Shown piece after piece: positions 33,899-43,380 of a stretch of 46,789 bases of DNA. Both the position numbers and the translations under genes were made by a program. The notes below the pieces were generated by a model. The model ran no database searches. It was given only the letters and a program-made list of their open reading frames with translations, and was not told the origin of the DNA. Within the stretch, counting starts at the first letter, position 1; each line of letters starts with the position of its first letter. The DNA comes from Pseudomonadota bacterium. GTDB taxonomy: Bacteria; Myxococcota; Myxococcia; Myxococcales; Myxococcaceae. The stretch covers positions 1-46,789 of the forward strand of contig WQTM01000232.1 of the NCBI GenBank assembly GCA_009786315.1. Direction: 5' to 3'.

Positions 33899-36160
33899 TT
33901 GAATGAGGTGTTTGTGGAAAAAAAGGCGGTCCAAAAGAATACGGAGGCGTGGGCCCATTTCAAAACGCTGTTCGGCCAAGGCTTTCTGGTGAACTCGGCG
34001 TTGAAGCGCCTGTTCCATTTGTTGCTGCGCCTGGGGTCTCCTAAATTTGAGCAGGAAGGTTTCATATGGTTGGAGGACTTGGCACATTGGATGTGGCAGC
34101 CCGGGCGCGTCCCCAAATCCGTCCCGACAGACAACCGCTCCTTGGCACGCGCACGCTTGCTGCATGCGGTGTTAAAAGCCGAGCCTGCGCTGCACGAAAA
34201 ACTTCAGCGCTTTATGGCTTCCGTCGTCAAAAGCATGGATGTGGCGCATATGCTGACAGACACGGGCCTTCCTGGACAGCAGGCTTTTGGCAGCGAAATT
34301 CTCAACAGATTCATGCTGAATGTATTGCCGGCACCTCCTGTGGACCAGGAGTTTTCTTCTTTGTTGATGCGGCTTTTTCCCTCGGAGCGCGCGGTTGGGC
34401 GCTTTGAGCGTTTGGGAGCTGAAGGGCAAACTCTGTTGATGCATGTATTTTTTGGCGAAGAAAAAGCCCTGGCGCAACATTGGAAGGACCAAATGCGAAG
34501 GGCTTGCCGTGTGCTTGCCATGCGTATTTCCTCCAATGGCCTGGCCAACGACTTTGACGAGCGCGTGGACAAAACACGCTCTGGTGACAAATCTCCTTTT
34601 TTGAAGCTGCCCAGTTGCATTTTTGCCTATGTAGAAGAGCAAACAGAGTCCAACGAAAAAATGGAGCCTACCAAAAGTGGCAAGCACCCAAAAATGGAGG
34701 ACAAAGAAGCTCAAAAAACCGCTTGCCGAGAAATGATTGCCTCGTGTCGCCGTGTTGTACGAGAAGTTATGGACTCTCTCAACCACACCGGCATTAGCGT
34801 GGACCTTGTTTACCGCTTGGACTTATTGGGCCGCCGCTTGGACCGCCTCTATGCCCTGGTTTCCCTGTGTGCCCCCTCCTCCCCCGAGGGGATGGGGTTG
34901 AAGTTGGTGGGTACTCTGGTGAGGGGGTGCGAGAAAGACCGGAGTTTGGGTGAGTTGGTCCGTCGCAACGGCCGCTTGTTGGCGCGCCGAGTTATTGAGA
35001 GCGCCGGCCATAGCGGCGAGCACTATATTACGCAAACGCGCAAGGAACAGTTTCAAATGCTGGCTTCAGCCGCTGGAGGTGGCGTGCTGACAGCCATTGC
35101 TGTTGCCATTAAGGCAAGTTTGCACCTCCTCCAGGTGCTGGCCCAGACACCTCTGTTTAAGGGGCTTGCTGCGGGGATGAACTATGCTGGCGTCTTCGTG
35201 ACGATGCAGCTTTTGGGTTTCACACTCGCCACCAAGCAACCCTCCATGACGGCGGCCACCTTGGCAGGCGCCCTCAAGGAATATACCAGCTCCAGCGAGG
35301 CAGAAAAACGCTCCCTGGCCTCTTTGGCAGAGTTGGTGGTGCGCACCATTCGCACGCAGTTGTTTGCGCTTTTGGGCAATGTGGGCCTCGTTATTCCTGC
35401 AGCATTGTTGATAAACATGGGCCTGAAAGCCTGGGTGGGTTACCCGTTGATGACCATGGAGGAGGCCGAAAAAAGCCTCCACTCCTTCCACCTCTATGAA
35501 AGCCGAAGTTTGGCTTTTGCTGCACTGACAGGCGGCTACCTCTGGCTGTCGAGCATTTTGGCCGGTACTGTGGAAAACTGGGTGGTGTTTCGCAAGCTGC
35601 CTGAAGCCATTGCGAGCAACCGCAGGTTTAAGAAGCTGCTGGGGCAGAAGCGTACACACTACCTCGGACAATTTGTCCTCAAGAATGCCTCGGGTTTGGC
35701 GGGAAATATTTCACTGGGGTTTATGCTGGGGTTGACGCCGGCCATAGGCTTGTTTTTTGGCATGGACTTGGACATACGCCACATTACTTTTGCGGCGGGG
35801 CAGCTGATGTTTGCGGTGACGAGTATGGGCCCTGACGTCATGAGGACGCCAGAATTCCTCTGGGCCTTGGGCGGGCTTGCGGGCATTGCAGTGCTGAATT
35901 TCGGTGTTTCCTTCTCGCTGGCTTTGGTGGTGGCCCTGCGCGCCAGAGACGTGGACTTTTCAGGAGACAGACGCCTCATAAAACAGGTATTCCAACACTT
36001 CTTCCAGCGGCCTTTGGACTTTGTCTTTGCCCCGAGAATGGAGCTTGCCACGGTGCCTGTTGCCCCCGGGTTGAGCGACACTTTGAAGGAGGTACCCGCC
36101 AACACTCCCCCCACGGAGCAAACACAGGCCAAACCACCCGACAATATAGAGGGGACTTAG
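33899..36160 (+). CDS. Large polytopic membrane protein of unknown function, possibly the family annotated as 'site-specific recombinase' (PF10136)
   Basis: A roughly 380-aa soluble helical N-terminal half, then several hydrophobic helices (GGVLTAIAVAIKASL, AGVFVTMQLLGFTLA, LLGNVGLVIPAALLINMGL, GLAGIAVLNFGVSFSLALVVAL). The start codon is uncertain: TTG at 33899 or GTG at 33908/33914. The family assignment is from memory only. Confidence 0.5.
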   Translation: MNEVFVEKKAVQKNTEAWAHFKTLFGQGFLVNSALKRLFHLLLRLGSPKFEQEGFIWLEDLAHWMWQPGRVPKSVPTDNRSLARARLLHAVLKAEPALHEKLQRFMASVVKSMDVAHMLTDTGLPGQQAFGSEILNRFMLNVLPAPPVDQEFSSLLMRLFPSERAVGRFERLGAEGQTLLMHVFFGEEKALAQHWKDQMRRACRVLAMRISSNGLANDFDERVDKTRSGDKSPFLKLPSCIFAYVEEQTESNEKMEPTKSGKHPKMEDKEAQKTACREMIASCRRVVREVMDSLNHTGISVDLVYRLDLLGRRLDRLYALVSLCAPSSPEGMGLKLVGTLVRGCEKDRSLGELVRRNGRLLARRVIESAGHSGEHYITQTRKEQFQMLASAAGGGVLTAIAVAIKASLHLLQVLAQTPLFKGLAAGMNYAGVFVTMQLLGFTLATKQPSMTAATLAGALKEYTSSSEAEKRSLASLAELVVRTIRTQLFALLGNVGLVIPAALLINMGLKAWVGYPLMTMEEAEKSLHSFHLYESRSLAFAALTGGYLWLSSILAGTVENWVVFRKLPEAIASNRRFKKLLGQKRTHYLGQFVLKNASGLAGNISLGFMLGLTPAIGLFFGMDLDIRHITFAAGQLMFAVTSMGPDVMRTPEFLWALGGLAGIAVLNFGVSFSLALVVALRARDVDFSGDRRLIKQVFQHFFQRPLDFVFAPRMELATVPVAPGLSDTLKEVPANTPPTEQTQAKPPDNIEGT

Positions 36161-36243
36161 GCCGGGTTTGCCTCAAAGCAAGCCTATAAACCGGTTTTGC
36201 CAGGAGCACTCCATGCCCCCCCCTCCCGCTTTCATGCTTTCTC

Positions 36244-37323
36244 CTATTTCCAAATCAGAAACCGGGAGAAAAAATAGTTGATGAAAGCCCCCATGGCAAT
36301 GCCAACACCGGCCGCTAACCACCAAAAAACACCGTGACTTTGCAAAAATTCCGCGCTGGCAACGTTGGCAAAAGCACCCACCACGCAGGCGGCCACAAAT
36401 TTGCCATAGCCTATCAAAAGCGCTTTGAGGCCTCGCAAACGCTGCCGCCCAAAAGTGAGCCAGTTGTTTAAAAAATAGTTGGAAGTCATGGCGCATAATG
36501 TCGCAAAACTTTGCCCCAGCAGAAAAGACAGCCCCAGCCGCCGGTGCAAAAAAAACAGAATGGCCATGTGTACGCCCACGCCCAATAGGCCGACAAGGCA
36601 AAACATGGCAAACTGCGCATAGGCAAACCCGGAGAGCGTGCGGCTGAGCAAAAGCCACGCAAAATCCATTATTACGGGGTAGGAAAGTTTGGTGCTCCCA
36701 ACAGCCCGCTCCCGGAATATATAGGGGAACTCCTTTATGGAAAGGCGCAGCGTCGGCTGGGTGAGAATGTCAAAGAGAATTTTGAAGCCTCGCGACTGCA
36801 CCTTTTCTGCTACCGCGTCGATGAGGCCCCTGTTGAGGGCAAAAAAGCCGCTCATCGGATCGCTACAGGCCACCTTCATGCTTTTGCTGGCAAGCCAGGT
36901 GGCAAATTTGCTCAGGCCCACCCGGTTTTTGTCCCAACTCCCCGTCCCGCCTTCTTCCAAATAGCGGCTCGCCACCACCAGGTTGGCCTCACCCGAGGCC
37001 AAAGCCCCAAACATGGCAGGCAATAGGCACTCATCATGCTGCAAATCAGCATCCATCACCGCAAGACAGTCCGCCACCGTGGACATCATCCCCTCTACAC
37101 AGGCCGAAGCCAACCCCCGACGCCCCACACGCCGCAAAAAACGAACCCTGGGGTTATGCAAAGCCAGAGAGCGCAACTCCTCCACCGTGCCATCCGTGGA
37201 GCCATCATCCACAAAAACAACTTCCCAATCCAAATGCGCCAACACCTTCTCAAGACGCCTTGTCAAAGTGGTGACGTTGCGTGCCTCGTTCAACGTGGGA
37301 ACAATCACCGCATAGGCGGGCAT
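36244..37323 (-). CDS. GT2 polyprenyl-phosphate glycosyltransferase fused to a C-terminal GtrA-like membrane domain
   Basis: Motifs VIVPTLNEARNV, VVFVDDGSTDGT and MDADLQHD (DxD). The C-terminal ~120 aa have four TM helices ending in a GtrA-like FINYFFSRFLIW. Confidence 0.85.
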   Translation of the reverse strand: MPAYAVIVPTLNEARNVTTLTRRLEKVLAHLDWEVVFVDDGSTDGTVEELRSLALHNPRVRFLRRVGRRGLASACVEGMMSTVADCLAVMDADLQHDECLLPAMFGALASGEANLVVASRYLEEGGTGSWDKNRVGLSKFATWLASKSMKVACSDPMSGFFALNRGLIDAVAEKVQSRGFKILFDILTQPTLRLSIKEFPYIFRERAVGSTKLSYPVIMDFAWLLLSRTLSGFAYAQFAMFCLVGLLGVGVHMAILFFLHRRLGLSFLLGQSFATLCAMTSNYFLNNWLTFGRQRLRGLKALLIGYGKFVAACVVGAFANVASAEFLQSHGVFWWLAAGVGIAMGAFINYFFSRFLIWK

Positions 37324-37508
37324 GCCTCAAGTCCTCCGCCCTCTCAGGTTGCCGTCACCGGCCAGGGGCCTTTCAAAAAAAGCTCCACTCCCCAAAAGAA
37401 AGCAAAGCCAGAAAAACGTGCTCAAACACACCTTCGCCAAGCCTCCGGCCCCATAGCTTGGGCGTGCGAAAAACACAAGGGCGAAGCCGCTCCCTCCCAT
37501 GCCCCTGC

Positions 37509-38954
37509 CTATTTTGCCGTCGGCTCATTCAACAAATCCACGCTGGTGAAAACCAACAACTCCGGCGATTGCTTGCTCAACTTCAAACTTGGGTTGGAGC
37601 TCAACAAGTCCAAAATTTCACTTTTTTGGTTTTGATAGGGATACATGTCATGCATGGGAGCGACAAACACCATGCTGGAGTCAAAATGCTGGCCTGCCAT
37701 TGCAGGCGTCAAATAATATCTGTATTTGTGCAAAGAAAGCCGGGGGCCTATGCCGGTGGAGGCATAGATTTTCACTTCAGGAGGCAGAGGGAAGTGGGAG
37801 GAGAGCGCCTCATTGAGGCGGGGGATTTCAGACTCCAAGGGCCAACATGTCCGCAGGAAACGCAAAGGCATACGGCGGGAGCTGACAGTATAGGAGTCGA
37901 CGAAGGAGACGAGGAGGCAGAGGCAGGCCAAGGAGACGACAGTACGGCGCGAAAACCGCGCAAACCACGTTGTTTGCAGGAGGTGCAGCAAACCGAATGT
38001 GGAGGCGGCCAGAAAGAAAACTGTCGGCAAGTCCTGGTATTGGTGCGCGAAGCCATACATGGCCTGCCTCTCCGAAACCAAACCCAAACCCAAAAGGGGC
38101 AAAGCAGAGCACCCTGCCCAAAATGCGCGGCGACCCACCCAGGGCAGAAAAAACCAGAAGGCGACAAAGGCAAACAAAAAAAGTGCCTTTGCGTGCAACT
38201 CATAGAAAGGGCGAATGGAGCCGCTATAAATATAGTCCCCGCCCCCTGCAAAAAAGGGGATGATGTATTTGACGGCGGCGAAGAAATAGGCTGCTGACAG
38301 CAAGCATAGCACAAACCCCAGCCGGCGGTTTTGAGTAACCAACCAAGCATACATTCCGACGCCAAAAACGGCGACGGCCGCCCTCTCCTGCGCCAGGGCG
38401 ACAACAAAGCAAAAAAGGACAGCCCATATGAAGGCCCTGCGGTGCAGCGCAACCAGCGCGGCCAGCAAAAAAGGCATGACGAGCGTCGTCATATGGCTTT
38501 GAAAAGCCCATGCGCCGCAAAAACCCCGGAAGAGGGCCAGCGTCAGCAACAAAAACAAGGCAGGTGGAAGGTAGTCGTCCCGGCCATTTTGTTTCCAAAC
38601 TTCCCTGACAAAAACGGGGGTGAGGAAGAAGGTGGCGGCGAAGGCCAAACTGTGGAGGACAGAGAGCGTATAGTGGCTTGGGAAGAGGAGGAAAACCGGG
38701 GAGAGGGGGGCGGCAATCCAGGCGAGGTGGTCCGCCAGGAAGAGTACGCGGGGCTCCCCCTCATAGAGGGACATGCGCCAACCGTTGCCGTTTGCGAAAT
38801 TCCAAAGCAGGTTTGAAAAAATGCCATAGTCCCCGTCGTTGACTTGAAAGACATAGACTCGAAGCAAAGCCCCCACCAACCCTATCAGCGACAGCAGCAG
38901 CGGCGCCCCAACATGCACACTCAGCGGGTGCACAACAAACCGAAGTTTCCGCAT
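37509..38954 (-). CDS. DUF2079-like integral membrane protein (putative GT-C glycosyltransferase)
   Basis: More than 10 TM helices. The N-terminal loop DGDYGIFSNLLWNFANGNGW...LADHLAWIAAPLSP resembles the DUF2079 signature. The ATG at 38954 has GAGGGGGG 5 nt upstream; the ATG at 38993 is an alternative. Confidence 0.65.
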   Translation of the reverse strand: MRKLRFVVHPLSVHVGAPLLLSLIGLVGALLRVYVFQVNDGDYGIFSNLLWNFANGNGWRMSLYEGEPRVLFLADHLAWIAAPLSPVFLLFPSHYTLSVLHSLAFAATFFLTPVFVREVWKQNGRDDYLPPALFLLLTLALFRGFCGAWAFQSHMTTLVMPFLLAALVALHRRAFIWAVLFCFVVALAQERAAVAVFGVGMYAWLVTQNRRLGFVLCLLSAAYFFAAVKYIIPFFAGGGDYIYSGSIRPFYELHAKALFLFAFVAFWFFLPWVGRRAFWAGCSALPLLGLGLVSERQAMYGFAHQYQDLPTVFFLAASTFGLLHLLQTTWFARFSRRTVVSLACLCLLVSFVDSYTVSSRRMPLRFLRTCWPLESEIPRLNEALSSHFPLPPEVKIYASTGIGPRLSLHKYRYYLTPAMAGQHFDSSMVFVAPMHDMYPYQNQKSEILDLLSSNPSLKLSKQSPELLVFTSVDLLNEPTAK

Positions 38955-39069
38955 ATTACCCCCCTCTTTGCCATGTGGCCCTGGAAATGACATGTCCGTT
39001 GTTTTTCCTCTCTTGTTTGGGGCCCCCTCTTATTCCCTTGGAAAGCCCCCGTACAAGCAGAAAAACCAC

Positions 39070-42000
39070 CTAGCCCCCCTTCTTCAAAAGTGCTTTCAAC
39101 TCCCTATAGTTTGTTTTGCCGCTACCCAGGAGGGGGATGGTTTCCAGGAAAACAATGCGGCGTATGGAATAGAGGGCGGAGAGGCCGGCAGCACGCAAGG
39201 CGGCATTCACCTCTTTCACGGAGAGTTTCATAGGGGAGAAGACGACAATTTCAGGGCTGGTCTCTTCAGGGCTGGCTTCCACGGCAAGGGGGGGCTCCTC
39301 GGTGGGGGTGTCCTCGCGGTTTGCGAAGGCGGCAAGCAACGCCTCCTCTATTTGCGGCAACGAAATCATCTCCCCTCCTATTTTGATGAAGCGCTTGAGG
39401 CGGCCCTGGAAGAAGAGGCGCCCCGTGCTGTCCTGACTCAGCAAGTCTCCCGTGCGGTACCACATTTTGTTTTCAAACGTCACGAAGGGGGAGGGCACGT
39501 CCCCGAGGTAGCCGCCAAAAATGCTGGGCCCGCGCACCAGCAGCATGCCGGTTTCACCCATAGGGGTGCGGCCGAGAATATGCCCGTCCTCTTCGCGAAC
39601 AATGGCGGTTTCCACAGAGGCCATGGGGTGGCCGATGCTGCCAGGGAGGGTATTCCACGGGCGGTTAACAGAAATAACGGGGGAGCATTCCGTAATACCA
39701 TAAGCCTCGCAGAGGGCGGCCTGGGGGCATTGGCGGGCGAAAGCCTCATAGACATACTCCGGGCATTTTTCTGCGCCGACGAAGACGAAGCGCAAGGAGG
39801 AGAGCGCCTTTGTGCCGTGCGCACGCTCCAAGAGGGCGGCGAGGAAAGTAGGCGGGTTGGCGAGGAGGGAGAGTTTGAAGTCCCTCACCATAGCGATGAG
39901 GGGGCCCGGCTCCGTCGGGTTGGGATAATAAGCTGCGCGCAAGCCGAGGCCGAGGGGGATGACAATATTAACAATGAGGCCGAGGGAGTGGAAGGTAGGG
40001 GCCATAGCGAGGAGGGTGTCACTCCTGTTGACGCGCAGGGCTTCCATAGCGTCCTTCGCGTTGGTCATAAGGTTGTGGTGGGAGAGGGGGACAGCCTTAG
40101 GGAGGGCCTCCGAGCCGGAAGTAAAAAGCACCGCAGCCACCTCCGGGATGGCATAACCCTCCAGGGAGCGCATGAAGCGGGCCTTGAGTGCGCTGCTGAT
40201 TTTTTGCACCCAGCCAATGGACTTGGCCATTTTCTCAAGGGGAAGCCACTGGACGGGAATGTTTTGAGGGACAAAGCCCTGGCGTTTCAGTTTGTCCAGC
40301 AATGCGGAGGCGGTGAGGACATGGCTGACTTCTCCCAAGGCCACGCAGTGGCGCAAGTTGGTTTCTCCCACAGTCCAATTGAGGAAGACGGGCACTTTTC
40401 CGGCCAGCATGGAGGCCAGCCAGGCGATGACGCTGGCGGAGCTCGCCGGAAGCATAATGCCCAGGTGTTTGCCTGGGAGGGAGCGCAGGCAATGGGAGAA
40501 GGCGAGGGCCGCGGTGAGGACGTCCCTGCGGCTGCGCAGGGAGGAATACTCTGCGCACAGAGGCTCCTTTGGGGCTTTGCATACGAGGGAGAAGAAGGCT
40601 TCTGGAATGGAGGACACCGCTTCCTCCGCGAAGAGGATGGTTTCCTTGGAGGCGGGGGCGAACCAACCTGCGGGCACAACGCCTTTGGGTTTTTCCTCGC
40701 CGAGTTTGCCGGAGGCGGCTGCGAGACAGTCTCCAACGGTTGCCAACAACTCAAGGCTGGGGATAGAAAAGCCCTGAACGGCCTCCAGCCGAGGGCCCAA
40801 CTCCATGAGAGTGAGGCTGTCCAAGCCAATGTCCGCCGAAAGTTTTGTGGCTTCCTCCAAAGGGTGCTCCGCTGGGAGTTGGGCGGCTTCGCGAATGGCG
40901 GCATAGACGGCTTCTCTCAGAGCGGGGGAGACAGAAATTTCGCCTTGTGTTGCGCCGCGCTCTGCAAACTCGGCAATGGCATAGGGGGTTTTTCCTCGCC
41001 AGAAGAAGCGCGGCACAGCCATGGCTGGGCGCTCCGCTTTGGCATAAAATTTTTCCAGCCACGGGTTAAGCACGAGTTTGTCTCCGCAGCGTGGGAGGTT
41101 TTGTGGCTCCTCGAATTCCACGCTAACCTCACGGCGTGGGGTGAAGAAGAGGAAGTTGGCAAGCAAGGTGAGGGTGCCGCGCAAGAGTTGTTTGGCCAGG
41201 GAGGGAGGTTTCCCCTCTCCTGCATAGCTGAAGCTGCTTCCCCACAACCCGGTGGTACGCACCAGCACCACGCGCAGGCCCGGGAAGTTGCGCAAAATGT
41301 CCGCAGTGCCAAAGCTGCCGCCGATGGTTTCTCTTTTGGAGCGATAGAGGTGCCCGGAGGGATAGAGGAGCACCGAGTCTCCATTATGCAGCGCATTGGA
41401 GATGGCTTTCATTCCGGCTTCCAGAGCGCTTTTGGCCTCAAGGCCCTTTTTGCGTATGTCCGGAATACGCACAGCGCCGGCGAATTTGGAAGCGAACTTG
41501 CCCAAAATGCCGCGCGTACGGTTTTCGTCGGCCAAGGGGCGTGGAGAAACGCCGGCGAGCAGGGAATAGACAGTGATAGGGTCCACAAGGGCAGGGTGGT
41601 TGGGGAGGAAGAGAATAGGAGCCCCGGGAGAAGGGGCGGCAATGGCCTCAAGGCCGCTGATAGAAATTTTATAGCGCAGCCAGAGGCCCGCCCGCAGAAA
41701 CACTCCGACGAAGTTGCCGCGGGTGTCCGCGAGTGTTTTTTCAGGCAAAGTGTGCAGCTTTGTTTTGGCCCAGGCCAGGAATGCAAAAATAACAAAGCTT
41801 GCAAAAGCCAGCAGGAAGGCAGGGGGGAAGAAGCTAAGGAAGGAGAAGGCGAGGCCGGAGAGGAGGATGCCTGAGAAGGAGGCGAAGTTGGAGATGCCGA
41901 GGGTTTTGCCTTTCTCGTTGGCGGCGGGCCTTATTTGAATGAAGCTGACGAGGGGGATGAGATAGAGGCCGCCGCACATGCCGGTGAGGGTGAAGGAGGC

Positions 42001-43035
42001 GAAGAGCCAAGGCAGTTGCAGTGGGTTGGGCAGGTGAGGGGCGAAGGCGGCGGCGATGACGCCAAGAGCCATGCCCATGCCGGAAGGAAGCATAAAGCGT
42101 CGCCAGACGCTGGCCTCATAGCGTCCGGCGAGGGCGGAGCCGATGCAAATGCCGACGGCGAGGGCGGCAGAAAGCAGGCTGCTGATGGTGAGGGAATAGC
42201 CGAGTTTGACGCCGAGGTTGGGGATGCACAGGAGGATGAAGGCAGAGATGCAATAGAAGAAGGCTTCTCCGGCGAGGGCGAGGAAGAGGGGAGCGTCCTT
42301 GTTTTTGCATTGGATGGCGTGGTGCAGGGAGTTTTTGGGGCCACCCCAAGGGAAGGGGGGTGGGGTGGCAGACATTTTTTGGGGGCTTGAGCGGATGCCA
42401 TAGGCTGCGGCAATGCCGATGACAGAAACCAGCACGGAGAAAGCGCCAATAGCGACGCGGCCGAAGGGCAAAGGCCCTTGGGGCAGGAAAGGGAGCATGA
42501 AGGTGGGTGGAGGAAGCTCCAAGACGAGGCCGGCCAGGGCAACACCCAGCAGAATGGTAGCGGTGGTTGCCAGTTTTAGCCAGGCGTTGACTTTGGGCAC
42601 CTCGCCAGCGGGGAAGTTTTCAGGGATGGCGCCGTTGAGGGCGGGGCTGAAGAAGGTGGACTGCAAGCCCATGAGGAAAACCACAGCCACCATGCCCCAC
42701 CAATGCGAGACGAAGCCGGTGGCGCAGAGGACGAAGACACCCAGCAGCATGGCGGCAAGCTCCATATATTTGGAGCGGACAATGACGCGCTTTTTGGAGA
42801 AGGCGTCGGCAAGCCACCCGCCCCAAGCGGAGAAGAGGACAAAGGGCAGCGCGAAAAAGGCCGTGGCGACGCCCTGAATCCACTCGAGGCTGGAGATGGC
42901 GGCCAGGCAGAGTGCGGCTTGTTTGAAGAAGTTGTCATTGAAGGTGCCCATGGCATAGGCGATGCCCATGCTGGCGAGGCGTTTTTGACGTACGGAATGG
43001 CTTTCAGAGGGAGAGGCTTCTTCGTTGGGACGCAT
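39070..43035 (-). CDS. Four-domain fusion: MFS lysophospholipid transporter (LplT-like), PlsC-type acyltransferase, carrier-protein-like domain, acyl-AMP/ACP ligase (Aas-like)
   Basis: About 420 aa of MFS with 12 TM helices. HX4D box in FLPNHPALVDP. Phosphopantetheine-like site in LSADIGLDSLTLMEL. Adenylation motifs FTSGSEALPKAV, YGITE, YRTGDL and GRLKRFIKIGGEMIS. Confidence 0.85.
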   Translation of the reverse strand: MRPNEEASPSESHSVRQKRLASMGIAYAMGTFNDNFFKQAALCLAAISSLEWIQGVATAFFALPFVLFSAWGGWLADAFSKKRVIVRSKYMELAAMLLGVFVLCATGFVSHWWGMVAVVFLMGLQSTFFSPALNGAIPENFPAGEVPKVNAWLKLATTATILLGVALAGLVLELPPPTFMLPFLPQGPLPFGRVAIGAFSVLVSVIGIAAAYGIRSSPQKMSATPPPFPWGGPKNSLHHAIQCKNKDAPLFLALAGEAFFYCISAFILLCIPNLGVKLGYSLTISSLLSAALAVGICIGSALAGRYEASVWRRFMLPSGMGMALGVIAAAFAPHLPNPLQLPWLFASFTLTGMCGGLYLIPLVSFIQIRPAANEKGKTLGISNFASFSGILLSGLAFSFLSFFPPAFLLAFASFVIFAFLAWAKTKLHTLPEKTLADTRGNFVGVFLRAGLWLRYKISISGLEAIAAPSPGAPILFLPNHPALVDPITVYSLLAGVSPRPLADENRTRGILGKFASKFAGAVRIPDIRKKGLEAKSALEAGMKAISNALHNGDSVLLYPSGHLYRSKRETIGGSFGTADILRNFPGLRVVLVRTTGLWGSSFSYAGEGKPPSLAKQLLRGTLTLLANFLFFTPRREVSVEFEEPQNLPRCGDKLVLNPWLEKFYAKAERPAMAVPRFFWRGKTPYAIAEFAERGATQGEISVSPALREAVYAAIREAAQLPAEHPLEEATKLSADIGLDSLTLMELGPRLEAVQGFSIPSLELLATVGDCLAAASGKLGEEKPKGVVPAGWFAPASKETILFAEEAVSSIPEAFFSLVCKAPKEPLCAEYSSLRSRRDVLTAALAFSHCLRSLPGKHLGIMLPASSASVIAWLASMLAGKVPVFLNWTVGETNLRHCVALGEVSHVLTASALLDKLKRQGFVPQNIPVQWLPLEKMAKSIGWVQKISSALKARFMRSLEGYAIPEVAAVLFTSGSEALPKAVPLSHHNLMTNAKDAMEALRVNRSDTLLAMAPTFHSLGLIVNIVIPLGLGLRAAYYPNPTEPGPLIAMVRDFKLSLLANPPTFLAALLERAHGTKALSSLRFVFVGAEKCPEYVYEAFARQCPQAALCEAYGITECSPVISVNRPWNTLPGSIGHPMASVETAIVREEDGHILGRTPMGETGMLLVRGPSIFGGYLGDVPSPFVTFENKMWYRTGDLLSQDSTGRLFFQGRLKRFIKIGGEMISLPQIEEALLAAFANREDTPTEEPPLAVEASPEETSPEIVVFSPMKLSVKEVNAALRAAGLSALYSIRRIVFLETIPLLGSGKTNYRELKALLKKGG

Positions 43036-43380
43036 GGGAAGCTTCTCCTATAGGTATCTTCGGTATACAATAAAAACGAGCATGAGGACCTACACCGAGG
43101 CCAAAGCCCACCCCCTTTCCCGCAATACCCATGCTCGTCCCCAACGCCCTGCCGCACCAGGGGCAACCGCGCCACCCCCTGCGGGTAGTCCAGTTGCGCC
43201 TCCTACGGAGTGAGGGGGAGGCCCTCATTGTTCGCAGGGCCAAAATATATTTGGCTCGCCTTCTATGTTTCCCAACACCATTGGGCGGCTCGCGGCAGCA
43301 AGAATTTGCTGCGGGCCAACAAGAGTTGTGGGGTTTCTCATCCGCGAGGGAAGGGAGGTTCTCCCCGCCATAGCCTTCAA

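Noticed and set aside
38968-41874. 968-aa plus-strand ORF
   Set aside because: It is antisense to the LplT-Aas fusion, which carries unambiguous MFS/HX4D/adenylation motifs. Its Gly/Glu/Ala-rich translation is typical of a stop-free antisense frame in high-GC3 genes.
43036-43380. Small ORFs (80-148 aa) between the aas fusion and the helicase gene
   Set aside because: They have no start context or recognisable motifs and a skewed Arg/Pro/Gly composition. I treat the region as the aas-fusion promoter/leader and the helicase 3' region. A degraded gene remnant cannot be excluded without BLASTX.
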